A stretch of DNA of 64,000 bases. Source: Octopus bimaculoides. Taxonomy: Eukaryota. The notes beneath the pieces are model-generated. The model worked only from the letters and a program-made list of their open reading frames with translations. It ran no database searches and was not told the origin of the DNA. Within the stretch, counting starts at the first letter, position 1, and each line of letters begins with the position of its first letter. Position numbers and translations under genes: made by a program. Positions 50,770 to 63,699 of this stretch are shown here, in pieces. The DNA is taken from positions 22,048,500 to 22,112,499 of the forward strand of contig NC_068994.1 of NCBI RefSeq assembly GCF_001194135.2, read 5' to 3'.

Positions 50770-52115
50770 AGCATGATCTTTGGCAAGTGATGATCCTTCA
50801 TCCTAGAAACATGCCTGCCCAGGGTAACTGAGACTTCAGCAGCATGTCCTCAATGCTGGTGACCTTTGCCTGTTTAAGGACTCCAACATTGGTTATGAAC
50901 TCACTCCAGTGGATGCTAAGGATGGTGCAGAGCAGTGCAAGTGGAGTCTTAGATGATGGTGATAAGTGACCCACGATTGAGCTCTACAGGAGGGTGGTAA
51001 GGACTATAGCTCTGTACTCACTGATCTTGGTGCCCTTTTTCAAGTCTTTGTTGTTCGACACCATTGCTAGTCTGGTATTAATTTCCCAGTCAATGACATC
51101 TGACGTGATGGTGCACCCCAGGTAAGTGATTTACTGGACCATTTTCAATTTAGTCTCACCAATGGCAAAGTGAGGAGGGTAGTACTCTTCCTGAAATGCA
51201 GGCTGGTGGAGTACCTCCATCTTCTTTAAGTTGACTGACTTCTAACTCAAAGAACCGAGCAGCCTCTGTGAAGCAAGGAGTAAGTGTTACAAGGCTCTTT
51301 CTGCGCAAGCAACAAGGGCAACATTATTGGCAAAGAGGTCTTGGATCAGTTGTTCCAGGGTCTTCATTTATTAAACAGGCTGTCATCAAGATGGCATCTG
51401 ATGTAGATTCCACCCTCACCAGCAAGATCTTCTATGGCTTGCTTGAGTATCGTGCTGAAGATGGTGAAGAAAGTCAGTGACAAGATGCAATGCTGCTTCA
51501 CTCCATTAGTGATCAGGAAGGGCTCTGAGAGGTCACTTCTGAGTCTGACTTGGCAATGCTGGTCTTTGAGCAGCTGGATGACAACGCTCAGGAACTGGGG
51601 GGCGGGGATAGATAAAAAAAACTCCATAATCTGTCACATTTCTATCCTACTCACTGTATTGAATGCTTTAGTCAGGTCACATATAGCTCTTTGTTTTTCT
51701 CCTAGCATTTCTCTTGGAACTGCCTGAGAACAAACACCATATCTACAGTGCTCTTGTTGGCTCTGAAGCCACACTAGCACTCTGGAAAGTGTTCTTCAGT
51801 GATGATGGGTAGCAGTATGTTCATCAGAATCCTTGCAAGGATTGTTCTTGTGATGGAAGCAGAGTAATCCCCTGGTAATTAAAGCAGTCTGGTTCTTCCC
51901 ATTTGTTTTTGTAAGGGTGATGACAATAGCTTCACACTGGTCTTGTGATAGTTTGTCCTGCACCCAGAAACAGATGTAGAGCTTGTGGACTTTTGTAGGC
52001 AATGCTGGGCCCCCATACTTCCAAATCTCTGGTGGGATTCAATCACCTCCTGCTTCTTTGCCATTCTTTAGCTGCTCTATGGCTTTGGTGGTTTCTTCAA
52101 TAGTGGGCCATGCAG
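50770..52115 (-). mobile_element. Decayed RTE (BovB-like) LINE RT region
   Basis: DLTKAFNTVSR, SEPFLITNGVKQ.CIL, GIYIR...D.SLFN motifs. Confidence 0.85.
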
Positions 52116-52139
52116 AGAAATATTTGTTATTATTATTAT

Positions 52140-52380
52140 TATCAAGGTGGTGAGCTGGCAGAATCATTAGCAAGCTGGGCAAAATAGTTAGCGGCATTTC
52201 ATCCATCTTTACATTCTAAGTTCAAATTCTGCTGAAGTCAACTTTATCTTTCATCCTTTTGGGGGTCAATAAATTAAGTACCAGTTGAGTACTGAGGTCA
52301 ATGTAATCGACTTAAAATGAAATCCCCCCAAATTTCAGGGCTTGTGTCTATAGTAGAAAGGATTATTATTATTATTATTT
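52140..52380 (+). mobile_element. SINE family A
   Basis: Full copy between (ATT)n runs. Confidence 0.85.
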
Positions 52381-52534
52381 GTTAAATAAATATGCTCACT
52401 ATACCTCATTTGCCTTTGTTATTCTGACATAGTATAATAAAAAAGAGTAAATGAATATATTTCTCAAATAAACTCACTTCTTCAAGCAGTAAATTAAGGA
52501 GGCGGGGTAAGACTGTTTTTCTTACTATTTTTCC

Positions 52535-53697
52535 TTAACCCTTTTGTTACCATATTTATGTTGAGATACTTTGTATTTCTTTTAATTAATTTTAAATATA
52601 ACAAATAATTTAGTAAAATAACTTAGTTATTAAACTAAAGTTAGGAATATAAATTGTGACTAAGGTATGGTGGAAGATTTTAATTCAGAACTTTTGAAAA
52701 CAAGACATTAGTACTACAGAGCCAGAGTTGGTTTCAGGCAGGTTGATATAAAAAATGTCAAAATAGTTATTCTTATGTCACATAATACACATGGTTAAAT
52801 ATATATTGTTTCCCAAACTCACTTTTAAAACTGTAAAGAAATATCTTTTGAGACTATTTTTGTTATTGTTTTCTTGTAAAATATTTCAAAATTTGGTATT
52901 CTGAATTTGGTCGTTTGAAATTTAGCATTATGATTGGTACCTTCATTCAAGAATTGGGATTGATTTAATTAACCAAGTTCCTCCCACCAAATGTTAGGTC
53001 TTGTGCCAGGTTAGAAATAATTATCATTATCATATTTAGAGTTTTTCAAAGTTGGACATGCTTTGTCTCACTCTGATGAAATTGGATTTTTTTTACCATG
53101 TTTACTAAATGAAAAGTTCCCTCTTTTGGATTATTTTCATATATGGAACCTTACAAAAATGAGGAGTTGACTTAATTACCTCATGGCATCTTCTTCATAT
53201 GGGTTGATGGTGAAAGGTGAAGTCAAGAGAGTAGGGTTGAAATACTCCCTTACAAAAAATTTCTCAACTTATGAAAACAAGTTTTAAAAAATAATTAAAC
53301 TTCAAAAAGATATTTCCAGCAAAACTCACACACTTTAACTATTTTGTTACCAACCCAGCTGTAACCGGCTCTGGCTCTTTAGTATAAATGTCTTGTTTCC
53401 ATATGTTCTGAATTCAAATCTTCCACCAAATCTTAGTCACAATTTATGTTCCTAACACTAGCTTAATGGTAACGAAGTTATTTTACTCAATTCTTTGTTA
53501 TATTTAAAATAATTGAAAGAAACATCTCAAAAGAGTATCTCAAAATAAATACAAGACACCTGATGAAGGCTGGAGGGTATACCAGCCAAAATGTTGTGTT
53601 AACAACAAACAAGATGAGGGCAAATATCCATCAATGGTAAATAATATATATAATCCCTCATCTCTTAAATATAGAACTGTAGTAACAAAAGGGTTAA
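52535..53697. mobile_element. Two inverted copies of a piggyBac-like (TTAA-CCC) MITE, ~52535-52760 and ~53335-53697
   Basis: TTAACCCTTTTGTTAC at left, GTAACAAAAGGGTTAA at right; internal sequences are reverse-complement homologues. Confidence 0.75.
53555..53600 (+). ncRNA. Degenerate hammerhead relic
   Basis: GACAC CTGATGA a GGCTGG(loop)CCAGCC AAAA TG TT GTGTT; stems intact but GAAA is AAAA and CG is TG. Confidence 0.55.
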
Positions 53698-54864
53698 AAG
53701 GAAAAAAAATGACATTTGTTAGACAAAATGGTTAGCATCAATAACAACAGTACACAAGCACACATGCACCAGTTGTCATGTGAAGAAAATAAGGTAAAAG
53801 ATAGCAGGTAGCAGTGTTTGCATGATATTAACAGGTCTCATTTTGAACATGAACTACCTAGCTGAAAGCAATTAGTTTGACATAGCTTTGTAACCAAGGA
53901 AGGTACATCTTTGCCAAAGGCTATCATTCTAAAGTGAAAGAAAGAGAACATTACCCACTTCTGCATTGCCAAAAGTGAAACATTTCCCCATACTCACAAA
54001 AGAATAATTAGAGGATAATATATGGGGATATATTGGTCAAATTAAGGATTACAAAACTTTATGAAAAGTTTTTACAACTGAAGGTCAAGTGAAGATGCAT
54101 GCTCAGCTGGTGGATCATATAAGTAGCAATACATTACTATCTCAATACTAGGATTGATGAAATACAGTCAAGAATAGTGGCAACAATGTTGACTTTGGCT
54201 CATTATCACTTTTGTGGTATGGTAAGGACAGGTCATGAGTGCCAAGGTAACCAAAAACATGTTGTTTGGTAGGGTGTCAATGTACATAAAACTTATGACT
54301 TTATAAGACCTCAGAACCATACTAGAGTTGTGTTTATTGAGGATGAGGAAAGAAAAACTGATTATACAAGACTGAATCCCTAGCTGCTGCACACATGGCA
54401 GTAAGGGTCATCTGAACGCTTTCAACCAAGAAGAATTTGGTAAACTGAGTTGCGGCCTTGTCACAGCCCCTGAATGGCTGAAAGACTAGCCTTGTTCTCA
54501 GAACCCAAAACTAATGACCTGGAAGCCAAAGAATCTCTTCTCAAGGATATCACCATATTGTCTAACAACAAAAGAAGTAAACTGAAGATGGAAAGGCAAA
54601 TTTTCAGAGACAGTGAAAAGCAAAAAAAGAGAAAGAGAAAAAAAGAGAGAAAACCAGTGAACCAAAAGAAACAGCATGTACAATTCATGAAGACAATCAG
54701 CCTTCATTACACAGGACAGCATGATGTTTATGGTCCTGTAAATAAGCAACATGGTACTAAGCTCAAAGCTGGGTGTTCTGAATTATAAAGGTAATGAAAT
54801 ATAATTATTATTATTATTATTATTATTATTAGCAGCAGCAGCAGCAGCATCAGTAGCATTTCTT

Positions 54865-55025
54865 CCAGCTCTTAACATTCTGAGTTCAAATCCCACTGAA
54901 GTTAGCTTTGCCTTTCATCCTTTCAGATTTGATGAAATAAAGTACTACTAGGACTACTTATGAAGCACTTGAGTTAATGTAAACAACTATCTCCCTCCCT
55001 CAAATTTCAAGCTTGGGGCCAATAT
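54865..55025 (+). mobile_element. SINE family A, 5'-truncated
   Basis: GAGTTCAAATCCC and GCCTTTCATCCTTT core. Confidence 0.75.
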
Positions 55026-55254
55026 TATTAATATTAATATTATGATTAAAAAATGTTTGCTAATAGTCAACAAAGTGTGTTTTTAGTTAAAAGAGCATTA
55101 CTTTAATCGAATATAACCCACTTCAAATTTGTATGGTTTTGACAAAGACAAAAATAGTTATTTCTTGGTCAAAATTATATTACAATAAAAAAAAATTCAA
55201 ATCAAAAAACATTAATCAAAAGCTTGATCTACTTCATATTGTAACATACTTTAC

Positions 55255-55330
55255 CTGGCAGTACAGGCAATGTTTGCTCTTCAGTGCTTATTACATTATT
55301 GTCCTGTGGAAACAACTCCAAGAGGGATAA
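55255..55330 (-). CDS. SH3PXD2A: Coding exon: PX domain Pro-loop
   Basis: gttcttttcag|TTA TCC...CCA G|gtaaag; LSLLELFPQDNNVISTEEQTLPVLP(G) matches LL..FP...P.LPG; 76 nt, phase 0 to 1. Confidence 0.92.
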
Positions 55331-56884
55331 CTGAAAAGAACAAGAATAATATCCTTATCAACATGATCTTCATTAGCACATCACCGTTATTTTTGTTATT
55401 ATCACCATATTTTCATTTACATCAACATCTATAATGCCAGATCCTTGCAGATAGATTTCCTTCTGCCTTTAGTGGTGATCAGGCATTTAGTCATATTTGC
55501 TATTTATTAATAACTATGTAAAAAATACAATGCATATGTATAGTTCTGAGTCTCTCTTGACATCTATACTCAATAGCTGAGCACTCATACAGCCCTTGCC
55601 AGTAAGTTTGATCCAACATTCTGTATCCATCAGACATCAGATACAAGTATATCAGCAAGAGTCTAATCTATCATTTCAGACTTAGACAGTCTACAAAGTC
55701 CAAGGATGCAACCCATTCTCCAGTTAAAATTTATTAGACCTCATCAGTAAAGCATAGTCTAATTGGAATTGCAAGACCTTAAAATAACACAAAAATTTTT
55801 CATTAATGAACACTGAGTAGTATAAACTTCTCCTATCAGTAATTTCCCCCTCTCTCCCTCATCAGTTAGGAAGTGTAGTCAAGAGCTCTTTGTGACAGCA
55901 TTAGTAATAGGGCTTTCATACATCACCAGTCACTAGGTATACACATTTAATAGATCATGACATCTTAACAGCTACCACAAGTAACAAAATTTTCATAGAC
56001 TACCAAATATACCATCATTTGCCACTTTGTTTTGAACTGCAAGAATGTTGATAGTATTAAGACTTCATTGATGTCGCTTTTTCTCTGTTTATCATTATCC
56101 TAAACAGTCATTATTATTATAAATAACACTTCTATTATCATTGCTCTCTTCAGTACTAACCTCAATATCGATCTTCATCACCCCCAACAGTGTTTACTAG
56201 AGATGAAAGCCCAACTTTCCCCTATATTCTCTTCAATAAACCACACAAATTTGGCCAGTGATGAATGAGAGTCTCAACGTTACAGAATGGTTATGGTAAA
56301 AGTACTAGTGTTGATTTTATTCTTCACAACATTCCAATTAACATTTCCGCTCTCTTATGCTTTTATAGCTATCATTTCCATTCAAACAAATCGAGTTACA
56401 ATTCTAATGACCCAACAACAATTGTATACACACACAAACATATTAAAACACAAAGGTATATCAACAAGAATACAGAAGTAAACAAAATCATAGACACATA
56501 CACTTATATACATGTATTTGCATTTGCACACAGTTGTCATGTAATAATTAGTATGCACACATTTAGCTACTTTCTTTAATTAAGAATTAACCCAAATCCT
56601 CTTAACCTAGGTCATGAAATGTATCAGACAGATCTGCTCATCCAGGATTACCAACACTTATTACAAACCAATAAATATTAATCTGTACCCTGCTTACTAC
56701 CTTCCTCTACCTACCCTTCTGTTTGTTTTACACACACACACACACAAGCAAACACTAAAGTAAGATCAGGGTTTTATTTGTTTTCCATTTAGTTTTGAGT
56801 AAGTAAATAAATAAAATTATTTCTTGTATTAATTACCATTTCCCTTGTCTATATATCTAAACATCTGAATATACACACACATGC

Positions 56885-56982
56885 TGACATGCATGCATGC
56901 ATGCATGCATGTATGTATGTATGTATGTATGTATGTATGTATGTATGTATGTATGTATGTACGTATGTATGTATGTATGTAA
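56885..56982. repeat. (ATGC)n(ATGT)n microsatellite
   Basis: Read directly. Confidence 0.95.
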
Positions 56983-57134
56983 GTAAGCTATGTAAGCAAT
57001 GGTTACACAAATTGCACAGCGGGATCTATAGCCGAGTAGCAGAGAATCACAACCAGATGCAACAGATGTATGCGAGTGGCATAACATTGAAAAGGAGAAA
57101 GGAATTTCAATAAGCAATAATTCTTTTGGAAACT

Positions 57135-57520
57135 AGTTGAGCCAGGTATGGGGACATGCACTGTTACAGTATGTCACTTCATCCACCATTTGTGGATATT
57201 TGCTTGAGTTGTCCTGGGCAACCCTCCAAACACTATCCCAATCAGTCCCTGTCTCTGTAAGATACTTCCTCATGTGCCATACTATGTAACATGGAGTCAA
57301 ACAACACAAGCTGTCATCCCAACTAAAACCTCAGAATAGAACACAATACATAGAATTCAACTTGGAAAATCGAACAACATGACCAAAGTCTGAGTCAACA
57401 CTCATGAATCATACAAGTAATAGGACACGCCCCAGGTTCTGGTTGGAAACAGAATCTAATCAATGGTAACCCGTAATCCTAAGAAGCTTGTCAACAGGTG
57501 TTACATCTAATACCATTGGA
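57135..57520 (-). mobile_element. Decayed RTE-like LINE 3' end
   Basis: LRITGYH..D.VSNQ and DWDSVWRVAQD-like motifs. Confidence 0.55.
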
Positions 57521-58409
57521 ACCAATCAGTTGGTCACATCAAGTGCTACCCGACTTGCATGCTAGCCATCTGTCAACCCAGACAAGTAGTAGGTGTAGCC
57601 ACTACTCCTCCCTAGCCAACACACCTCCAATAGGGTTGCCACAGCGACTTACAAATGGCCAAGTTACAAAGACATGAGGGGCAGAAGGGAGTTATCCCTC
57701 AAAGAGAGAACATTTCAGATCCCCACACAAACAGGCCATTTCATGTTGAACCAAGAATTCCTAATTGTGGTGGATGACACTTCTGCACCACTCAGGTGAC
57801 AACCCCCCAATCCAACCCAACCTAACCTGATCTCTGGGTTTTTCCCCATTTAACAGATGGCGTTCCTGATGGCTTTTACACCAACACTTCAAATGACATA
57901 ACTTATAGGCAGTCAAAGTACTTCCCTGGAGGAGAGAACTTGATGGGTCTGTTTGGATAGTCACTACTGGTGAGAGTTTTACAAAATCAGAGTGCAAATC
58001 CTATCTCAACCTCTTTTAGTTGTTGTTTATGACATGCAGAGGAAACATTGGGTCTATTCTTTGGCATGCTAGTTTCCACATTGCATGCAATTCCTACCTC
58101 AACTTCTTTTAGTTGCCTTTTACGACATGCAACACAGGGAACATTGGATCTATTCTTTTGATTGCCTGTCTCCACACAGGAGACTAGTGCACAAATGAAA
58201 TTAAACTAGAGACAAAAATTGAATACATTTTATCAAAATATACATATGGATTGTAAGCACATTGGATTATATGTAATATTCAATATTAATAACAGCTTCA
58301 AGATTAAAAATATAATGGTAAAAGTACAAATCATTCTGCCTTTACAACATATTTAATGCATATTAAAGATTCATTCCGGATACATACTCTCTTTACTCTT
58401 TACTCTTTT

Positions 58410-58795
58410 ACTAGTTTCAGTCATTTGACTGCGGCCATGCTGGAGCACCGCCTTTAGTCAAGCAAATCGACCCCAGAACTTATTTTTGTAAGCCTAGTAC
58501 TTATTTTATCGGTCTCTTTGTGCCGAACCGCTAAGTTACGGGGACGTAAATACACCAGCATCGGTTGTCAAGTGATGGTGGGGGGGACAAACACAGACAC
58601 ACAAACACACATACATATATATATACACATATACGACGGGCTTCTTTCAGTTTCCGTCTACCAAATCCACTCACAAGGCTTTGGTCGGCCCGAGACTATA
58701 GTAGAAGACACTTGCCCAAGGTGCCACGCAGTGGGACTGAACACGGAACCATGTGGTTGGTAAGCAAGCCACTTACCACACAGCCACTCCTGAGT
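58410..58795 (-). mobile_element. tRNA-derived SINE family B (Octopus OK/OR-type), young copy
   Basis: CAGTCATTTGACTGCGGCCATGCTGG...CAAGGTGCCACGCAGTGGGACTGAAC...CCACACAGCCACTCC; CpGs retained. Confidence 0.85.
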
Positions 58796-59461
58796 ATAAA
58801 TATTGTATAACATTAGTTATTACAAAAAGTACATTGAAGTTGAATGGTAGAGGGAAGCTGTGACTGTTTAACATCTGTTTCTGACTCTATACATTGAATT
58901 TTATATGTTAAATGAGCATTTTTGTAATGAACTGGGAATCATTCACACTTTATAATTGTCAATTACTTTTTATAGCTTTAGCATGTATGCAATGTATATA
59001 TTGCCAACTCAGACAGTATAGCTTCATATAATGTGAGTATATGTGTGTATGTATGTGGGTGAGTATGTCTCGATCAGCCTTCCATACTTGTTTCTGTTTG
59101 TTTCTTGTCCTACTCACAGTCAAGTACACACACACACACACACACACACATATACTTAACTACATGAAAATAACAACTAGCATACAATTTGGCCTTGTCT
59201 AGTTGCTACATACCTGTTGACAGTAATTCTAATGACTAACTAAAAAAGATCTAGTTCTGATCAAAAATGAAAACCAACCTAATAGAGTAGTTTCACTCAG
59301 TTTTTGATTGGCTGTAACTGACCAATCAATAACCATTCAGTAACATCACTTCAAACTTCTTCTGCGGCATTCATAAGGGCTGCAGCTTAGATTTAGATAG
59401 AGTAGCAGCAGGCTGTGGCCAATAGCTGGTCATTCAGCTTTATCATTGCAATGCATATTAA

Positions 59462-59528
<67 letters not shown>

Positions 59529-59869
59529 CTGCATGTCAGCACACAAAAATAACAGGTGCATACATACTGATAAGAACATATCAATTTCATGTTTGAAAGC
59601 TTCCCGATTTTTTATTAATTTTTTTTTTGAAATTTTTAAAATGTTGTAATACCTTATTTTGGCAATTTCTGTTTGTGTTTTATAATGGTCTAGCAGAGCT
59701 AAGTCAATTTTTTTTAATGGGAAAATAAGAAATTGTAGATCTTAAAATACATTTTCATCTTTTTGATTGTTAAATCATTGAAGTAGTGACCTCAGGAAAT
59801 CACACAGCCACTTCTGTAGTATGCTCTTTAGTCTGAAAGCTTGCTTGTATTATTATTAATATTATTATT

Positions 59870-60001
59870 ATTATTGCTGAGGTCCACTTAGCCTTTCATC
59901 CTTTTGGGGTCAATAGAATAAGTACCAGTTAAGTACTGGGGTCAATGTAATTGACTATCTCCCTCTCCCCAAATTTCAGGCCTTGTGCCTATAGTAGAAG
60001 G

Positions 60002-60034
<33 letters not shown>

Positions 60035-60770
60035 TAAGGTGGCAAGCTGGCAGAATCATTAGCATGCTGGACAAAATGTTTAACAGTATTTCACCTGTCT
60101 TTATGTTCTGAGTTCAAATTCCGCTGAGGTCGACCTTGCCTTTCATCTTTGCGGAGTCGATAAATTAAGTAACAGTCAAGTACTGGGGTCAATGTGATCA
60201 ACTTACCCCCTCCCCACAAATTTCAGGCTTTGTGCCTATTGTAGAAAGGATTATTATCATTATTATTAAGATGGCGAGCTGGAAGAATCGTTAGCACATT
60301 GGACAAAATTTTAGCAACATTTCATTTGTTTTTATGTTCTGAGTTCAAATTCTACCAAGGTTGACTTTGCTTTTCATCCTTTCAGAGAAGAACCATCAAG
60401 CCGAGCAAAATAGCAGTCATGGCAGATACTGGTGTCACGCAAATTGGCACCTGTGCTGGTGGCACATAAGAGCACCCCGGTGTCACGTAAATGTCACCAG
60501 TGCCAGTAGCACATAAAAGCTCCCATTACACTCTCAGAGTGGTTAGTGTTAGGAAGGGCATCCAGCCATATAAAACCATGCTAAATCAGACTGGAGCCAG
60601 GTGCAGCCTTCCAGCATGCCAACCCAGTCAAACTGTCCAACCCATGCCAGCATAGACAACAGCTGTTAAATGATGATGATGATGAACACTGGGGTCGATG
60701 TAATCAACTTACCCACCTCCCTGAACTTGCTGGCTTTGTGCCAAAATTTGAAACCATTATTATTGGAATT
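59870..60770 (+). mobile_element. Chain of three family A SINEs; the third is interrupted by an RTE/SINE tail (~60385-60685)
   Basis: Copies joined by (ATT)n; inserted piece ends GATGATGATGA. Confidence 0.85.
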
Positions 60771-61460
60771 CAGAAATAATTGTTAGGCATCAAAAACATG
60801 TTTTCTTCACCTTTTCTAATTCCATCAAACAAAACACAAAACGCCAGAGGAAATAGTAACATTCCAAGCTTTACTAGCACAACAAGTTTAGCAGATACAA
60901 CATCACTGAATACATTTCTCAATTATTTATTATCATATTAGAATCGATTCATAGTTTATCTCTGGCTGCTATCAGCACACATCTCACTGCTTCTTAGCAA
61001 CCAGCCATGACAGAATACATAGGGACTTTCTGTGTCAACAATTCATCAATCATGACTGGGCATGCATTATAGAGATGATGTTCCGCTTGAACAAAAATCA
61101 CGACAACTTCCTACAAACAATGCCAGTCTTCTTTACAGCTGCCATATTACATGTTTCATTCATCATTTAAACACTCATGCTTGGCTCTTGACATTCTGTA
61201 GCACAAAGAATTTTATTTTCATGTTAAACCAAGAGACACACCAATATGTCTTAACAGACATAGATCACTCGAAAAACTCATGCAGCACCATTGACCAAAG
61301 AGCCCAGTGGCAATAATTATTCATACAAAATTTTTTTTCCAAATATAGATACGGAAGCATGACTGTAGTTAAGAAGTTTGTTTCTCAATGACATGGTTTC
61401 AATTTCAATCCCATTCAGTAATTTATTTCTCTTATATATATATATATATATATAAGTGCA

Positions 61461-61493
<33 letters not shown>

Positions 61494-61655
61494 TCAGCAA
61501 TGTAACTACACATGGGCCATTGGAAATTTTTTCTTCTCCTTTCATATGAAGAGCTGTACTTGAAATGTTAAATTTATGGCTCTTTGGTCAATGGTGCTGC
61601 AAAAGAGTTTTTCAAGTGATCTATGTTTGATAAACAGAAACTGAAAGAAGCCTGT

Positions 61656-61705
<50 letters not shown>

Positions 61706-61849
61706 TATTAACAAGGAGATTGGTAGAGTAAGCAAATTATTTTATTATATAAATTTACAATGGTTTCACTGGCATTTGAACTCAAGAGTATTGCTATATT
61801 ATTATATAATATATGCAACTATAGACTCAAGGTATATCATTATGTCCTT

Positions 61850-62045
61850 TCTACTCTAGGCACAAGGTCTGACATTTTGGTGGAGGATCACATTGACCCA
61901 AGTATTCAAGTGGGGCCTATTTCATCAACCCCAAAAGAATGTAAGGTAAAGTAGACCTCGGTGGAATTTGAACTCAGAATGTAAAGAAAGATGAAATGCG
62001 ATGAAGCATTTTGTTTGGCATGCTAATAATTCTGTCAGCTTGTTG
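61850..62045 (-). mobile_element. SINE family A
   Basis: Reverse-complement homology to the plus-strand copies. Confidence 0.75.
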
Positions 62046-62319
62046 CTTTAAGGAGTAAGACCCAGGAAGATATGAGACAAAGTTGTGAGAAATGATCTTC
62101 AGGTGTTGAGCCTCACAGAGGAGAAGACAAAGGACCAAAACAATTGGTGATTTGCTGTGCTTGAGAAGACCCACCCAGCTAAGTAAAATCGAGGCCATAA
62201 AGGCATGTCCTTTATGTCCATGTATCCCCCCTTGCACACAATTTGTTCCCCAACAAACCATCTCCACAACCCATCTTTCTAATACCTCCTTTCCCCCTAC
62301 CTATGTTCATTACCTGCTG

Positions 62320-62915
62320 CATTGCCCTCATATCTTGATGTTTTGAATGAAAGCCTGAAGTCATTGGTGAAGCAACCAGGACCACAATGCCGCTGGACCT
62401 TGATGCAGGACAATGATCCCAAGCATACCTCACTTTTAATCCAAAATTGGTTGACAGAAAACATGATAGATGTATCATGGTCAGCTCAAAGTCTTGACTT
62501 AAACCATACAGAAAATGTATGGTGAGAGCTAAAGAGTTACAGTAACAAGGCCGTCTAATTCTATGCAGATAAAAGAATATGTAATTGAAGAATTGGCTAA
62601 CTGATCTGTGCCTGAAGCTAACTGAAAACTACCTTCACAGACTGAAGGGAGTTATTAATCATAAAGGATATACTATTGATTGTTAATCATCAAATGTTGT
62701 AGAGGTGCCAATGATTTTGAATCATCGAATTATTTTGTTTTTCTGTTTTGATCATTAAAAATAAATTGTTTTGGAAATTTAACATTTGTCTGGTGCTTCT
62801 TAAAAAATGACAACTACATTGGTCAAAAATTATTTATGTAGACACAAATTTTAGCAAGAAATTCAATAAAAACTCATTTTTGACAAGGAGTGCCAATAAT
62901 TGTGTGCATAAGTTT
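62320..62915 (+). mobile_element. Tc1 transposase C-terminal relic with terminal repeat
   Basis: MQDNDPKHTS...W..QSLDLNHTENVW; GTGCCAATAATTGTG-like end. Confidence 0.85.
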
Positions 62916-62977
62916 AACATTTCAAGCACAGCTCTTCCTATGAAAGGAGAAGAATTTACCATGTGTAGTTACATTGC

Positions 62978-63020
<43 letters not shown>

Positions 63021-63073
63021 GTGTGTGTGTGTGCGTGTGTGTGTGCGTGTGTGTGTGCGTGTGCGTATATATA

Positions 63074-63110
<37 letters not shown>

Positions 63111-63699
63111 CTTATCTATGAAAGGCAAATTTTCTGTGTGTATGTGTATATGTTTCAAATTCATACATTTACACAATTCCAAATTTCTTCGATGAAAGAA
63201 TCAGAATTAATATTCTAAATACCATAACTTAGGTCACACCGTCATTTTTTCCGTCAACAACAAATACAAAAACAAAGGAAGGAGAAACACTGACAGTAAA
63301 AGAAACAGACACAATACCAATCCTACATCAATACACACATATACATACACATGCGTACATTCCAACACAATTTCTCTGCACAAGTCACTTTCACATTGAC
63401 AGTCAAACATTTCATTCAATACAAACTGTGTCCAACTTTACTTGATGAGCCATATACTTTCACTTCAAAAATGAAACTATTCCACTATTTCAGTATCAAA
63501 ACTGAAACAATCACATTTCGATACTGTAATGACAGATACTTTCACTTTAATGATTTCATTTTCATACTGAGACTACTACAGTGAAGCTATACTCTCACAT
63601 ATATACAGACATACATACATATATACATACATACATGCATATATATATCTGCACAAATGCATCCATATACATGTATATATATATAGAAAGTTAGTTTTT

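Noticed and set aside
54474-54788. 104-aa K/R-rich plus-strand ORF
   Set aside because: No domain or splice support; driven by an A-rich tract and probably decayed retroelement sequence.
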